DNA of 64,000 bases from Clostridia bacterium (GTDB lineage Bacteria; Bacillota; Clostridia; Oscillospirales; CAG-272), in assembly GCA_017508665.1 (NCBI GenBank), contig JAFVYL010000013.1:3544-67543 (forward strand), in the 5' to 3' direction. Both the position numbers and the translations under genes were made by a program. Shown here in pieces: positions 38,145-47,766 of this stretch. Each line of letters begins with the position of its first letter. Position 1 is the first letter of the stretch. The notes under the pieces are model-generated. The model was given only the letters and a program-made list of their open reading frames with translations, was not told where the DNA came from and did not search any database.

Positions 38145-38600
38145 ATGAAGGAAGTAAGTCTTTACACGGATGGCGCTTGCCGAGGAAATCCCGGCCCGGG
38201 AGGCTGGGGAGCTATCCTCGTTTACGGCAGGTATGAAAAAGAGCTGTCCGGCGGCGAAATTGAAACGACCAACAACAGAATGGAGCTGCTCGGTGCGATA
38301 CACGGACTCGAGGCATTAAAAGAGCCCTGCGCTGTCACCCTGCAATCCGATTCCAAGTATCTCGTTGACGCATTCAACGAGGGGTGGATATATTCATGGC
38401 GAGATAAAGGCTGGAGCAAGTCGGGCGGACTCAAGAATCCCGACCTCTGGGAGAAGCTCTACGGACTGACCGAGATACACAAGGTGACATTTGTGTGGAT
38501 AAAGGGGCACAACGGTCATGAATATAACGAACGATGCGATAAGCTTGCTACCGCATATGCTGATTCCTTCAGCGAAATAGGAGAAAACAATGGCAAATAA
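38145..38600 (+). CDS. rnhA: Ribonuclease HI
   Basis: [34 protein letters not shown] and [13 protein letters not shown] motifs. Confidence 0.97.
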   Translation: MKEVSLYTDGACRGNPGPGGWGAILVYGRYEKELSGGEIETTNNRMELLGAIHGLEALKEPCAVTLQSDSKYLVDAFNEGWIYSWRDKGWSKSGGLKNPDLWEKLYGLTEIHKVTFVWIKGHNGHEYNERCDKLATAYADSFSEIGENNGK

Positions 38601-40242
38601 TAAAAACAAAGACACAAAAAAGAAGCAGGTCAAGGAAGAGACTGAGACCGCTGAGACCAAAAAGCTTGGCAAACGCGGAATAATCACTATAATCCTTGCT
38701 TCCGTTGCTCTTGTGGGAATAACACTCGGAATAATTTTCGGTGTTACAGCCTGCAGAAATAAGAACAAGCCTTTCGACTTTAATACAAGCGATCTTTCCA
38801 AGTATCTTTCCGTAGCTACTGATTATTACAAGAGCTACAACGTTGATATAGACATTCCCGAAATCACCGATGATGATGTAAAGGAAGAAATTATCAAGGT
38901 TCTTTGCAAGAACAAGATAAGACCCGACAAAGCACCTATCACTAAGTTCGACGTTGAAATTTCAGCCGGTGACGTAGCCGCTATTTATTATCGCGGATAC
39001 ACCGAGGAAAACGGAATCAAAAAGTATTTTGACGGCGGATGTAACTTCGGTGAGGGTGATCCCGCTAAAATAGAGCTTGAGATCGGCTCGGGCTCATTCG
39101 TGCCCGGATTTGAGTCCGGTCTTATAGGCAAAAATCAGAAGGATTTTGCCACCCTTACCAGAAAGACCAGCGGAAAGATAGATATCAAAGACAGATTGAT
39201 ATCTCTCACTTATTCAGTAGCACGCGCTGACGGCACGTCCGAGCGCAGCAAGACTGTAGTTATCGACCTTTTAGATCCTACGCTCGACGAGAGATGGGGA
39301 GAGGGATTTGCGGCATACCTCAGAGATAATAAGGAAATAGGAAACTATTTCGCTACCGGAAACGGTAAGGCAGATCCGCCCTTTATTGTTAATACTGTAG
39401 TTGAAGGCAAGGAAGGTGAGGATGCATACACTAATATGTTAATCAACTCCGCTTGCAGCATCAGTGAAGGCAACGTGCTTATTGTTGAGGCGAGATTCCC
39501 TAACGATTATTCCTCCGCAGATCTTCGCGGCAAGACCGGTTACTTTGAGGTATATATCCAGGGTGTAAGAGATTATAAAACCCCCGAGCTTAACGACGCA
39601 TTCGTTACCGATACCCTTAAGATCAGCGCAGACGAGCTTGCAAAGTATGACGGAGCGACTCTTGTTGACAAGTATCAGGCTAAGGTTAAGGCTGACCTTA
39701 ATGCATCTCGCGATTCTAAGATAGAGCTCGCTATTGAAAACTCCTTCTGGGAGCAGATACTTGCGGCAACCACCTTCTACCAGCTCCCCGAGAGTGAGGT
39801 TCTGGAAAACTATAACGCCGCAGTAGCTGAGATGAAGGCTATTTTCGATAGCGGATACAATACCTACTACAACAATGATTTTGATATGTTCGCCAGAGCA
39901 TATCTCGAGCTCAGCACGAGCGCTGATTGGACTGCAACCGTGCGCAAGGATGCTGAAAACGCGGCAAAGCGCAGACTCGTATTCTACTATCTCGTGCGCA
40001 ACAATGCAGAGCTTATGCCCGATGACGCTAAGTATAACGAGATATATGAGATGATATTCAACACTTATCTCGATGAATATCTTGCAGAAAACAAGATCAC
40101 CGAGAATTCGAGCAATTACGAGCAGCAGCTCGCTCTTGCAAAGGAAGCGGTGAAGAATATGTACGCTGAGGAGTATTGGCGCGAGTTTGTAATTTACGAG
40201 TACGCGATCGAAAAGATCATGGACGGCGCAAATCTTGTATAA
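38590..40242 (+). CDS. Membrane-anchored trigger-factor-like FKBP peptidyl-prolyl isomerase/chaperone
   Basis: [53 protein letters not shown], helical C-domain LPESEV; N-terminal TM ending GVTAC in place of the GFRxGxxP ribosome-binding domain. Confidence 0.8.
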   Translation: MANNKNKDTKKKQVKEETETAETKKLGKRGIITIILASVALVGITLGIIFGVTACRNKNKPFDFNTSDLSKYLSVATDYYKSYNVDIDIPEITDDDVKEEIIKVLCKNKIRPDKAPITKFDVEISAGDVAAIYYRGYTEENGIKKYFDGGCNFGEGDPAKIELEIGSGSFVPGFESGLIGKNQKDFATLTRKTSGKIDIKDRLISLTYSVARADGTSERSKTVVIDLLDPTLDERWGEGFAAYLRDNKEIGNYFATGNGKADPPFIVNTVVEGKEGEDAYTNMLINSACSISEGNVLIVEARFPNDYSSADLRGKTGYFEVYIQGVRDYKTPELNDAFVTDTLKISADELAKYDGATLVDKYQAKVKADLNASRDSKIELAIENSFWEQILAATTFYQLPESEVLENYNAAVAEMKAIFDSGYNTYYNNDFDMFARAYLELSTSADWTATVRKDAENAAKRRLVFYYLVRNNAELMPDDAKYNEIYEMIFNTYLDEYLAENKITENSSNYEQQLALAKEAVKNMYAEEYWREFVIYEYAIEKIMDGANLV

Positions 40243-40275
40243 TAACGCTCAAACGAACTAAAAGCGAATAAAACA

Positions 40276-40309
40276 AAAATGACGAAGATTTTTACATCTT
40301 CGTCATTTT
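40276..40309. terminator. Bidirectional terminator
   Basis: aaaatgacgaagat/atcttcgtcatttt inverted repeat between convergent genes. Confidence 0.85.
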
Positions 40310-40340
40310 CTATTATAAATGATAACTAAAATTTACAATA

Positions 40341-42095
40341 TTACTTATAAGCACGTACCATTCTGAGAATTTTGAGCTTATACACAGATCTCGGATCGCG
40401 GAATTTAAGCTCAAATGCGGTCTCGTAAAGTCTGAAGGCAACGTCTCTGTTCGTGGGAATTCCGAGGCCGAATTCGTTTAGGCAGCCGAGGGTGTATATA
40501 CCCTTAGCATGACCGAGGCGCAGACATATTCTGAGCATACTCTCGGCTTCCTTAAATTTCTTTTGGTATATGAGTGACATAGCATCCGAGTATGCTGAGC
40601 GAAGCATATGACGTCTTTTGTTGTTCATAATACGCTCAATCTCTGATCTCGCCTCGCCGCTGCCGAGTCTTGCCGCCTTGGAAAGCACCTCGACGGCCTT
40701 GTCAAAATCAAATGCCGTGCCTATACCGCGAGAGTAACAGAGTCCGTACTCATAGAGCGCATCCTCGTCGCCCGACTCTGCGGACTTTTCAAACCACAGA
40801 TACGCCTGCTGTCTGTTTTTCTTTATGCCGCGCCCCTCGAGAAATGCACGAGCCATCTCTTTGTATGCCGGCACGTATCCCATGCTTGCGGATATCGCAA
40901 ACGCGCGGAAGGATTGCTCGGGAGCTGATGTCCTCAGCTCTATGCCTGTCTTGTACAGTCCCTCACGCTGTGATCTGAGGGTCTCCGCCTTTTCTGCGGC
41001 ACTGCTGTGTCCCTCTTTAGCTCCCATATCGTAGAGCTCTATTGCGCGTCCTATATCTCGGTTTACGATCTCTCCGTCGCGGAAAATATCGCCCATGGTC
41101 TCGTATGCGTTGGTCATACCGAGCTTTGCTGCCGCGCGATAACATTCAAGAGCTCGCTCGGCATCTCTTTCAACGATAAGTCCTGCGATATATATGTCAC
41201 CCATATGGCGGTAGGCGTCCTTGCTACCCTCTGCAGCCGCGCTCGAGAGCAGAGAAAGGGCGGTACCGGCATCCTGTCTGCATCCGCGTCCCTCCGCATA
41301 GAGAAGTCCGAGAATAACACGCGCGCTTACGTCACCCTCTTCGCTGAGCATCTCGCATAAATGGTGATATTGCTTTGCGAAGCCGTAGTCCTGCGCCTTT
41401 ATGGCAAGTCTGCGGAGCATCTTGTGGTAGTCGGGATGTCTCGGTATGCCGGGGTCTTGAGATTTTACCGAGCGGAGCTTGTACGCCATCTTGATAGCGT
41501 GGATTGGCGGAAGAAGGAGCTTATCCATATACCACTTCGCGTACGGAAGATTCTGCTCCGTGCCCGTGCCGTTATAGTATCTCTTTGCGAGAGTCACGAT
41601 CGAATCGGTGTCGTCGTATGCCGCTGCCATAGCGTAGTAGTAATTTGCTAAATCGTCATCGCCGAACTGCGCGTATTTGTCGGCGATTTTCGGATACGCC
41701 TCGACACAGCCGAGAGCCGCCGCGTATGCAAGCCAGAATGATGATGCCTTATCGCTCGTTCTCTCTGCAAGGCGGGAATATTTGTATGCCGCGGTTGCGT
41801 TATTTTTTTCAGCCGCCATGTAGTAATATGCCATAGCTCCGTCGAGATCTCTTACGACGCTGTCACCTCTTTCAAGCATATCAGCGTATTTTATCTGTGA
41901 TTCCGTTCTGCCGAGATCAGCGAGTATGTGATGGCATTCTGCCACAAGCTCATACTGTCTTTGCTGCTCTGCCTTACCTATTTCTCTGACCTTTTCTTCT
42001 ATCTCTGCGGGTGTGAGATTGAATTTTTCCTTACAAGCGGGGCATTTCGGGCCGTAGTAAGCACCGACGTAGCCGCACTTATTGCAGTTAATCAT
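40341..42095 (-). CDS. Sel1-like repeat protein with an N-terminal zinc-ribbon
   Basis: Repeated LG.LY.EG.G..QD..A..W..AA..G units; N-terminal CNKC...CPAC. Confidence 0.88.
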   Translation of the reverse strand: MINCNKCGYVGAYYGPKCPACKEKFNLTPAEIEEKVREIGKAEQQRQYELVAECHHILADLGRTESQIKYADMLERGDSVVRDLDGAMAYYYMAAEKNNATAAYKYSRLAERTSDKASSFWLAYAAALGCVEAYPKIADKYAQFGDDDLANYYYAMAAAYDDTDSIVTLAKRYYNGTGTEQNLPYAKWYMDKLLLPPIHAIKMAYKLRSVKSQDPGIPRHPDYHKMLRRLAIKAQDYGFAKQYHHLCEMLSEEGDVSARVILGLLYAEGRGCRQDAGTALSLLSSAAAEGSKDAYRHMGDIYIAGLIVERDAERALECYRAAAKLGMTNAYETMGDIFRDGEIVNRDIGRAIELYDMGAKEGHSSAAEKAETLRSQREGLYKTGIELRTSAPEQSFRAFAISASMGYVPAYKEMARAFLEGRGIKKNRQQAYLWFEKSAESGDEDALYEYGLCYSRGIGTAFDFDKAVEVLSKAARLGSGEARSEIERIMNNKRRHMLRSAYSDAMSLIYQKKFKEAESMLRICLRLGHAKGIYTLGCLNEFGLGIPTNRDVAFRLYETAFELKFRDPRSVYKLKILRMVRAYK

Positions 42096-42130
42096 AAATC
42101 ACCCTCCGTTTCTAAATATTTTACATATAG

Positions 42131-42159
42131 ATTTTACAACAAAGCACATGTTTTGTCAA
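42131..42159 (-). promoter_or_regulatory. sigmaA-type promoter for the Sel1 gene
   Basis: TTGACA-17 bp-TAAAAT on the minus strand. Confidence 0.75.
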
Positions 42160-42224
42160 GGCAAAGTAAATAAAAAAGCAAAAGCTTGGAATACTAAGAA
42201 AAACACGAAAAAAGGAGAATAAGT

Positions 42225-42407
42225 ATGTTTTTCAGAAAAACAGAGAATAAAAGAAATCATCCATATATCGCGATGACGATAGGCACACTCGCGATGATAG
42301 GAGCTTTCAACGTTGTCAGATGCACAAAAAGAACCTTTCACCACATGAAGAATAAGGTAGAATGTGTATTCAGAGGTAAGGATGGCAGCGGCTGCGAAGT
42401 TGAGTGA
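42225..42407 (+). CDS. Small basic protein with one hydrophobic segment, hypothetical
   Basis: Strong aaaggag RBS 7 nt upstream of ATG; fills the intergenic gap. Confidence 0.65.
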   Translation: MFFRKTENKRNHPYIAMTIGTLAMIGAFNVVRCTKRTFHHMKNKVECVFRGKDGSGCEVE

Positions 42408-42504
42408 TGCCGAGGTGTCGGGTCCGCACTATCTGTTGATACGGTGAATGTAACAAATTTTCAGGCTGCGTAATATAATGATAACGTAGCAATACCCAAA
42501 GCAT

Positions 42505-42529
42505 AGGGCACGCTTACGTGCCCTTTTTT
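42505..42529 (+). terminator. Intrinsic terminator upstream of dpaA
   Basis: agggcacg-ctta-cgtgccct followed by a T-run. Confidence 0.75.
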
Positions 42530-42590
42530 GCTTTCGGTGTATTCGAGGGCCGCGGACGGTAGTCCTGCGGCTTTGCGGAGTGATGACGAT

Positions 42591-43334
42591 ATGATAATAC
42601 AATCTTATGAAAACAGTCCGAGATCTGATGCGTGCGCGGAGTACTTAAGACACTCGCGTATTGCAAATCGCTGTGAAAGAATTATACTTCTCCCCATTCC
42701 TACAACGAGGGATAATAAGAGCATTTTGAATACTAAAATTTACATTTGCGACTTTATTGATATGGTGGATGAGGGTGACGTTATATCGGGATACGGGTTG
42801 CCGTCAGACGTTTACACCGCTTTATGTGAGCGGGGCGCACTTGTTCTTGATCTTGAAGAAGACGAGGACTTTCTTACGGACAATGCCGAGCTTACAGCTC
42901 TTGCCACACTCGGTATCTTTCTTGGCAGCACCAAGCGCTCGCCCCGTGAGACGAGAGTCGGTGTCGTGGGATACGGAAGAATAGGTAAACGGCTGACGTC
43001 GATGTTTCTGTACCTCGGTGCGACACTCAGAGTGTTTACCTCTCGCAAGGACACCAGGCTTGATCTTTGCGAATGCGGTATAGCTACGGCAGAGAGTACG
43101 CACGATGCCGATCTTTCAGGTCTTGACATTCTTATAAATACCGCCCCCGCTCATATTTTCGATGCGGATGCCGTGCCTCCTGATCTCAGAATTATAGATC
43201 TTGCCTCCGGAATGAATTTCCCCGAAGGGCTGCAGGTTGAAAGATATCCGTCTGTACCTGCAAAGATGTTTCCAAAGAGTGCGGGTGACGCGTGGGGCAG
43301 AAGTGTGGAACGATTTATTAATAAACACCTATAA
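42591..43334 (+). CDS. dpaA: Dipicolinate synthase subunit A (SpoVFA)-like, divergent
   Basis: ILLPIP, NAELTA, VVGYGRIGK, INTAPA, IIDLASG and P.VPAK..PKSAG motifs; immediately upstream of dpaB; ATG 42591 follows ggagtga. Confidence 0.78.
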   Translation: MIIQSYENSPRSDACAEYLRHSRIANRCERIILLPIPTTRDNKSILNTKIYICDFIDMVDEGDVISGYGLPSDVYTALCERGALVLDLEEDEDFLTDNAELTALATLGIFLGSTKRSPRETRVGVVGYGRIGKRLTSMFLYLGATLRVFTSRKDTRLDLCECGIATAESTHDADLSGLDILINTAPAHIFDADAVPPDLRIIDLASGMNFPEGLQVERYPSVPAKMFPKSAGDAWGRSVERFINKHL

Positions 43335-43347
43335 AGGAGACTGACGG

Positions 43348-43923
43348 ATGAAGATCGGATATTGCTTTACCGGCTCTTTCTGTACGTTTTCGCGTTCCTT
43401 TGCGGCTCTTTCCGAGCTTGTAAAACAGGGACACGAGCTCGTTCCGATAATGAGTGAGAATGCTTACTACACCGACACGAGATTTCAGAAAGCAGAGGAA
43501 TTCTCCGCACGGGTCGAGGATCTGTGCGGAAAAAGGATCATACACACCATAGTTGATGCCGAACCGCTTGGACCGCGCTCGCCCTTGGATATACTTGTGG
43601 TCGCGCCGTGCACGGGCAACACTCTCTCGAAGATAGCAAGAGGTGTGACCGATACTGCCGCAACTATGGCACTCAAGGCGCACCTGCGCTCCGACAGACC
43701 GACTCTCATAGCTCTCGCCACCAACGATGCCATGAGCCAAAATCTTGCAAACCTTGCTGCCGTTCTCAGTCGGAAGTCGGTGTATTTCGTTCCTATGCTT
43801 CAGGATAGTCCTGTCGGAAAGCCACATTCATTGGTTGCTGAGTTTGAGCTGATACCGAGAGCGGTAGAGGCGATGATTTCCGGTGAGCAGCTGAGGCCGA
43901 TATTTCTTACCGCGTCATCCTGA
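43348..43923 (+). CDS. dpaB: Dipicolinate synthase subunit B (SpoVFB)
   Basis: IGYCFTGSFCT, TDTRF, AEPLGP, APCTGNTL, KAHLR, ATNDA and QD.P..KP.SLVA motifs. Confidence 0.95.
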   Translation: MKIGYCFTGSFCTFSRSFAALSELVKQGHELVPIMSENAYYTDTRFQKAEEFSARVEDLCGKRIIHTIVDAEPLGPRSPLDILVVAPCTGNTLSKIARGVTDTAATMALKAHLRSDRPTLIALATNDAMSQNLANLAAVLSRKSVYFVPMLQDSPVGKPHSLVAEFELIPRAVEAMISGEQLRPIFLTASS

Positions 43924-43939
43924 CGGATAAAGGACAGAT

Positions 43940-43981
43940 GAGGCGAGGGGCTTCGAAAAACGGAGTGCTCCTTGCCTTTTT
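43940..43981 (+). terminator. Terminator after dpaB
   Basis: aggcgagggg...ctccttgcct stem with a T-run. Confidence 0.65.
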
Positions 43982-44001
43982 GTCCGTGTTCTATATTTCG
44001 G

Positions 44002-44030
44002 TTGACATTTTAACTCGCGTGTGGTAAAAT
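44002..44030 (+). promoter_or_regulatory. sigmaA-type promoter for the U32 gene
   Basis: TTGACA-17 bp-TAAAAT with TG extension. Confidence 0.8.
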
Positions 44031-44095
44031 ATTTTTATAATTATAGAGCGCGGAGAGTGAGCTTTGCTCCTTCCGTGCGGTTTTGCGAGGTAACG

Positions 44096-46129
44096 ATGAG
44101 AAGAAAGGAAGATTTACCGGAGCTTCTTGCTCCCGCGGGCGATTTCGAGTGTCTTGTCGCCGCGGTAAAAGGCGGAGCGGATGCTATTTACATAGGCGGA
44201 AAGCTGTTTTCCGCAAGAGCGTACGCGAAAAACTTCGATATTGAAGAAATCAAAAAAGCTGTGTCGTATTGCCGCCTTCACGGTGTTAAGCTCTATGTCA
44301 CTATGAACATTCTTCTCTTTGATAACGAGCTTGACGAGGCGCTCAATTTTGCCAGAGAGCTTTACACCGTGGGCGTTGATGCCCTTATCGTTGCCGATCT
44401 CGGACTCATTTCGCTGTTAAGACACGCGCTCCCCGATTTTGAGCTGCACGCATCCACTCAGATGTCCGTGAATAATTCGCTCGGCGCGGACTTTGCTTAC
44501 GACTTAGGCTGTACCCGTGTAGTGCTTGCCAGAGAGCTGTCGGGCGAAAATATGCGCGAGGTTACCGAGAAATGTAAGGCTGAGACCGAGGTCTTTTTAC
44601 ACGGAGCGCTCTGCGTATGCCACTCGGGACAGTGCCTGTTTTCGTCTATGATAGGCGGCAGAAGCGGAAACCGAGGTGAGTGCGCTCAGCCCTGCCGTTT
44701 GCCGTACAATAACGGCAAATACATTCTCTCACTCTCTGACCTGTCACTTGCGAAGCATATAGACGAGCTTATCGATTCCGGAGTTGCATCTCTTAAGATA
44801 GAGGGAAGAATGAAGTCTCCCGATTACGTTTACACGGTCACGTCTATATACCGCAGATTGCTTGACGAGAGAAGAAACGCGACAAAAGAGGAAAACAGCA
44901 GGCTTGAGAGAATATTCTCCCGAGGCGGATTTACCGACGGATATTTTACCGGCAAGACCTTCTCGTCAATGACCGGTGTCCGTACCGATGAGGATAAGAG
45001 AATATCACTCGGCGAGGAAAAGGGCGAATACCCGCCCGAGCGTACCCGTGTTAAGGCTTTCGCACAAATAAAGCTTGGTGAAAGATCAACAATGACGCTC
45101 AGAGGCATCCATACCTGCCGCGAGGTCACGGTATTCGGAGATATCCCCGACGTTGCAAGAAACGCGCCTCTCACCGAGGACGGAGTCAAGGAAAGACTCG
45201 CAAAGATGGGCAACACGCTCCTATCACTGTCTGTAGACGATATAGAGCTTGAGCTTGACTCGGGTATCAATCTCTCTCCGTCGGCTCTTAATAAACTCAG
45301 ACGAGATGCCGCCGAGAGTTTTGAATATTTCGGCAGATCACTGCCCGAGAGCTCAGAAAAGCGGGACACTCCCTATATCGAGCCCGACACCTCACGCCTC
45401 GGCAGAACGGCTATCTTCTTCGATTCGGATGAGCTTGTCTCACTTGATACGAACAGCCTATCGTATTTTGATCTCATCTTCACTCCGCTTACCGATTATC
45501 GAAGATGTAAGGATAGGGCAAACGGTATATATATTCCTCCTGTAATTATGGAGGACGAGCTACCCCGTGTTAAGGAAATGATTAGAGAAGCAAGGGATCT
45601 TGGTGCAAAGTACGCGCTGATAGGAAACCCGTCTCACGTGGCTTTGGCGAGAGAGTCCGACCTTTTGCCCGTCGGTGATTTCAGACTAAACGTGACCAAC
45701 GGTATGTCTTCTGATTTTTGGAGAGGCGTGGGTATATCCGATGCCGTAATATCTCCGGAGCTGACATCCCATCAGGCAAGACGTCTCGGCGGCAGAGTCA
45801 CGGTATACGGCAGACTTCCGCTCATGATTACGGAGCGTTGCTTTATGAAGGAGAACTTCGGCTGTGATCGGTGTGGAAAATGCTCTCTAACCGACAGACG
45901 CGGAGTCAGCTTCCCGATGAGACGTGAGTACGAGCACAGAAACATCATCTTCAATTCCGCCTACACGTATATGGGTGACAAGCAGGATGAGGTTAACTCC
46001 CCTCACCACTTCATCTTTACCACCGAGTCGGCGGACGAGATAAAGACGGTTATCCGCGCCTTTAAGGAAAGACGGCCTTTCCCGCTTAACGGACAGTTCA
46101 GAAGAATCGGAAAGCGTAAGGTCGACTAA
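44096..46129 (+). CDS. U32 family protein with DUF3656-like domain (RlhA-like RNA hydroxylase)
   Basis: PELLAPAG, GADAIY, HASTQ, HGALC..SGQC..RSGNRGECAQPCRLPY and SLKIEGRMK motifs; ATG 44096 follows gagg. Confidence 0.9.
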   Translation: MRRKEDLPELLAPAGDFECLVAAVKGGADAIYIGGKLFSARAYAKNFDIEEIKKAVSYCRLHGVKLYVTMNILLFDNELDEALNFARELYTVGVDALIVADLGLISLLRHALPDFELHASTQMSVNNSLGADFAYDLGCTRVVLARELSGENMREVTEKCKAETEVFLHGALCVCHSGQCLFSSMIGGRSGNRGECAQPCRLPYNNGKYILSLSDLSLAKHIDELIDSGVASLKIEGRMKSPDYVYTVTSIYRRLLDERRNATKEENSRLERIFSRGGFTDGYFTGKTFSSMTGVRTDEDKRISLGEEKGEYPPERTRVKAFAQIKLGERSTMTLRGIHTCREVTVFGDIPDVARNAPLTEDGVKERLAKMGNTLLSLSVDDIELELDSGINLSPSALNKLRRDAAESFEYFGRSLPESSEKRDTPYIEPDTSRLGRTAIFFDSDELVSLDTNSLSYFDLIFTPLTDYRRCKDRANGIYIPPVIMEDELPRVKEMIREARDLGAKYALIGNPSHVALARESDLLPVGDFRLNVTNGMSSDFWRGVGISDAVISPELTSHQARRLGGRVTVYGRLPLMITERCFMKENFGCDRCGKCSLTDRRGVSFPMRREYEHRNIIFNSAYTYMGDKQDEVNSPHHFIFTTESADEIKTVIRAFKERRPFPLNGQFRRIGKRKVD

Positions 46130-46139
46130 GATATATTTT

Positions 46140-46171
46140 GCGTTGCGCCCTTTGCGGCGCAACGCTTTTTT
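46140..46171 (+). terminator. Terminator after the U32 gene
   Basis: gcgttgcgcc-ctttgc-ggcgcaacgc followed by a T-run. Confidence 0.85.
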
Positions 46172-46175
46172 GTAT

Positions 46176-46204
46176 GAATAATTCGGCTTTGGCAGGGCAA
46201 TAAT
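46176..46204 (+). promoter_or_regulatory. Candidate forespore sigmaF/sigmaG promoter
   Basis: GAATA-15 bp-GGCAATAAT just upstream of the germination gene RBS. Confidence 0.5.
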
Positions 46205-46224
46205 CTTCAAAACGGAGGTTATTT

Positions 46225-47631
46225 ATGGAACTTAGTTTGAGTCATAAGGAAAGCATAGCTTTCTTGTCATCCGAGCTCAGGGTAAAGGAGAGCTATGACA
46301 TTATAGAAAGACATATGAGAGTGGCGGGGGAGGACGTCTGCTTCTTTTACGTCGACGGATTTACAAAGGATGCGGAGATGCAGAGATTAATGCAGTATCT
46401 TCTCTCACAAAAATCGCTCGGCGGAGCAAAGGAGCTTGTCGAGATACTGCCGTATGTTGAGGTTGAGCTTGGCAGGGGAGTGGAGAGGATAGTTACCGCC
46501 GTGCTGTCGGGACAGACGGCTCTGCTCTCGTCATCTTTTCCCGGTGAAGCCATTCTGATAGACGCGAGGACGTATCCCGCAAGAAGCACGGCAGAGCCGG
46601 ATACCGACAGAGTGATGCAGGGCTCACGCGACGGATTTGTCGAGACTCTTGTTATGAATACCGCTCTTATACGTCGCAGAATACGTGATCCGAGGCTGAC
46701 AATGAGGCATTTTGATCTTGGCGGATCGTCGCATACCGACGTGGTTATGTGTTACGTTGAGGGGGTTGCTGACGAGAAGCTTGTGAATGAGCTCTCGGAT
46801 AAGCTGAAGAAAATCAAACCGAAGGGCGTGTGTCTCGGGTACAGAAGCATTTCCGAGAGCCTTATACGGCACGGGTGGCTCAATCCTTTTCCTAAAATAC
46901 GGCTCACCGAGAGACCGGATACCGCTTCTGCACAGCTTCTTGAGGGGAGCGTGCTGATTATTTGCGACACCTCTCCTCAGGTTATGATATTCCCGACGTC
47001 TATATTTGACTACCTTCAGCAGACCGATGATTATTACTTCCCGCCGTTGACGGGAAGCTATCTCAGAATAGTGCGCACGGTTATACTGATTTTGTCGGTT
47101 ATGGTGACACCCGTGTGGTATCTTTGCGTTGAATTTTCCGACACGCTGCCCGATTATTTGCGGTTTTTAGTGCCGGATTCTCCCGGGGCTCTGCCGATAA
47201 TTCTGCAGCTTTTGCTGATAGAGGTCGCGATAGACGGACTTAAAATAGCGTCTATGAATACACCCGATATGCTATCAAACTCCTTATCCGTGGTGGGAGC
47301 GCTCCTCCTCGGTGATTTCGCGGTCGGTGTAGGTTGGGTGTGCGAGGACGTTATTCTTTATATGGCTTTCGTATCGATAGCAAGCTTTGCTCAGCAAAAC
47401 GTTGAGCTCGGCTACGCGTTCAAGTTTGTCAGAGTCGCTATGCTGATAGCGGTGTATTTTCTCGGCGCGTGGGGACTTTTGGCGGGAGCGGTATTATTTG
47501 CGCTCCTTTTGATAACCAACGTCACGGTAAGCGGCCGATTCAGATATCTGTACCCACTCGTCCCTTTTAATCCGCGTGCTCTGTTGCATCTTCTTTTCCG
47601 TGTCAAAAAGAGAGATTTTGGGGAGAAATAA
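46225..47631 (+). CDS. Spore germination protein, GerA/SpoVAF family
   Basis: YPARS..EP..DRV.QGSRDGFVETL..NTALIRRRIRDP, PFPK.R.TERPD, TP....S..VVG.LLLG..AV.VG motifs. Confidence 0.92.
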   Translation: MELSLSHKESIAFLSSELRVKESYDIIERHMRVAGEDVCFFYVDGFTKDAEMQRLMQYLLSQKSLGGAKELVEILPYVEVELGRGVERIVTAVLSGQTALLSSSFPGEAILIDARTYPARSTAEPDTDRVMQGSRDGFVETLVMNTALIRRRIRDPRLTMRHFDLGGSSHTDVVMCYVEGVADEKLVNELSDKLKKIKPKGVCLGYRSISESLIRHGWLNPFPKIRLTERPDTASAQLLEGSVLIICDTSPQVMIFPTSIFDYLQQTDDYYFPPLTGSYLRIVRTVILILSVMVTPVWYLCVEFSDTLPDYLRFLVPDSPGALPIILQLLLIEVAIDGLKIASMNTPDMLSNSLSVVGALLLGDFAVGVGWVCEDVILYMAFVSIASFAQQNVELGYAFKFVRVAMLIAVYFLGAWGLLAGAVLFALLLITNVTVSGRFRYLYPLVPFNPRALLHLLFRVKKRDFGEK

Positions 47632-47673
47632 ACGGAAATTTACGGTGCGGAAGGGTTATATCCACAAAAACAC

Positions 47674-47702
47674 TTGCAATAAGCCGCTCTTTGTGTTAAA
47701 AT
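47674..47702 (+). promoter_or_regulatory. sigmaA-type promoter for the two-component system
   Basis: TTGCAA-17 bp-TAAAAT with TG extension. Confidence 0.7.
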
Positions 47703-47766
47703 AAAGAGTGGCTATACTTTTGCCGCATACACAGGCCCACAAGCGCAAAGCTTTAGGAGGAGATAT

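Noticed and set aside
47658-47666. DnaA-box-like atatccaca
   Set aside because: Single copy with a mismatch, no cluster or origin context
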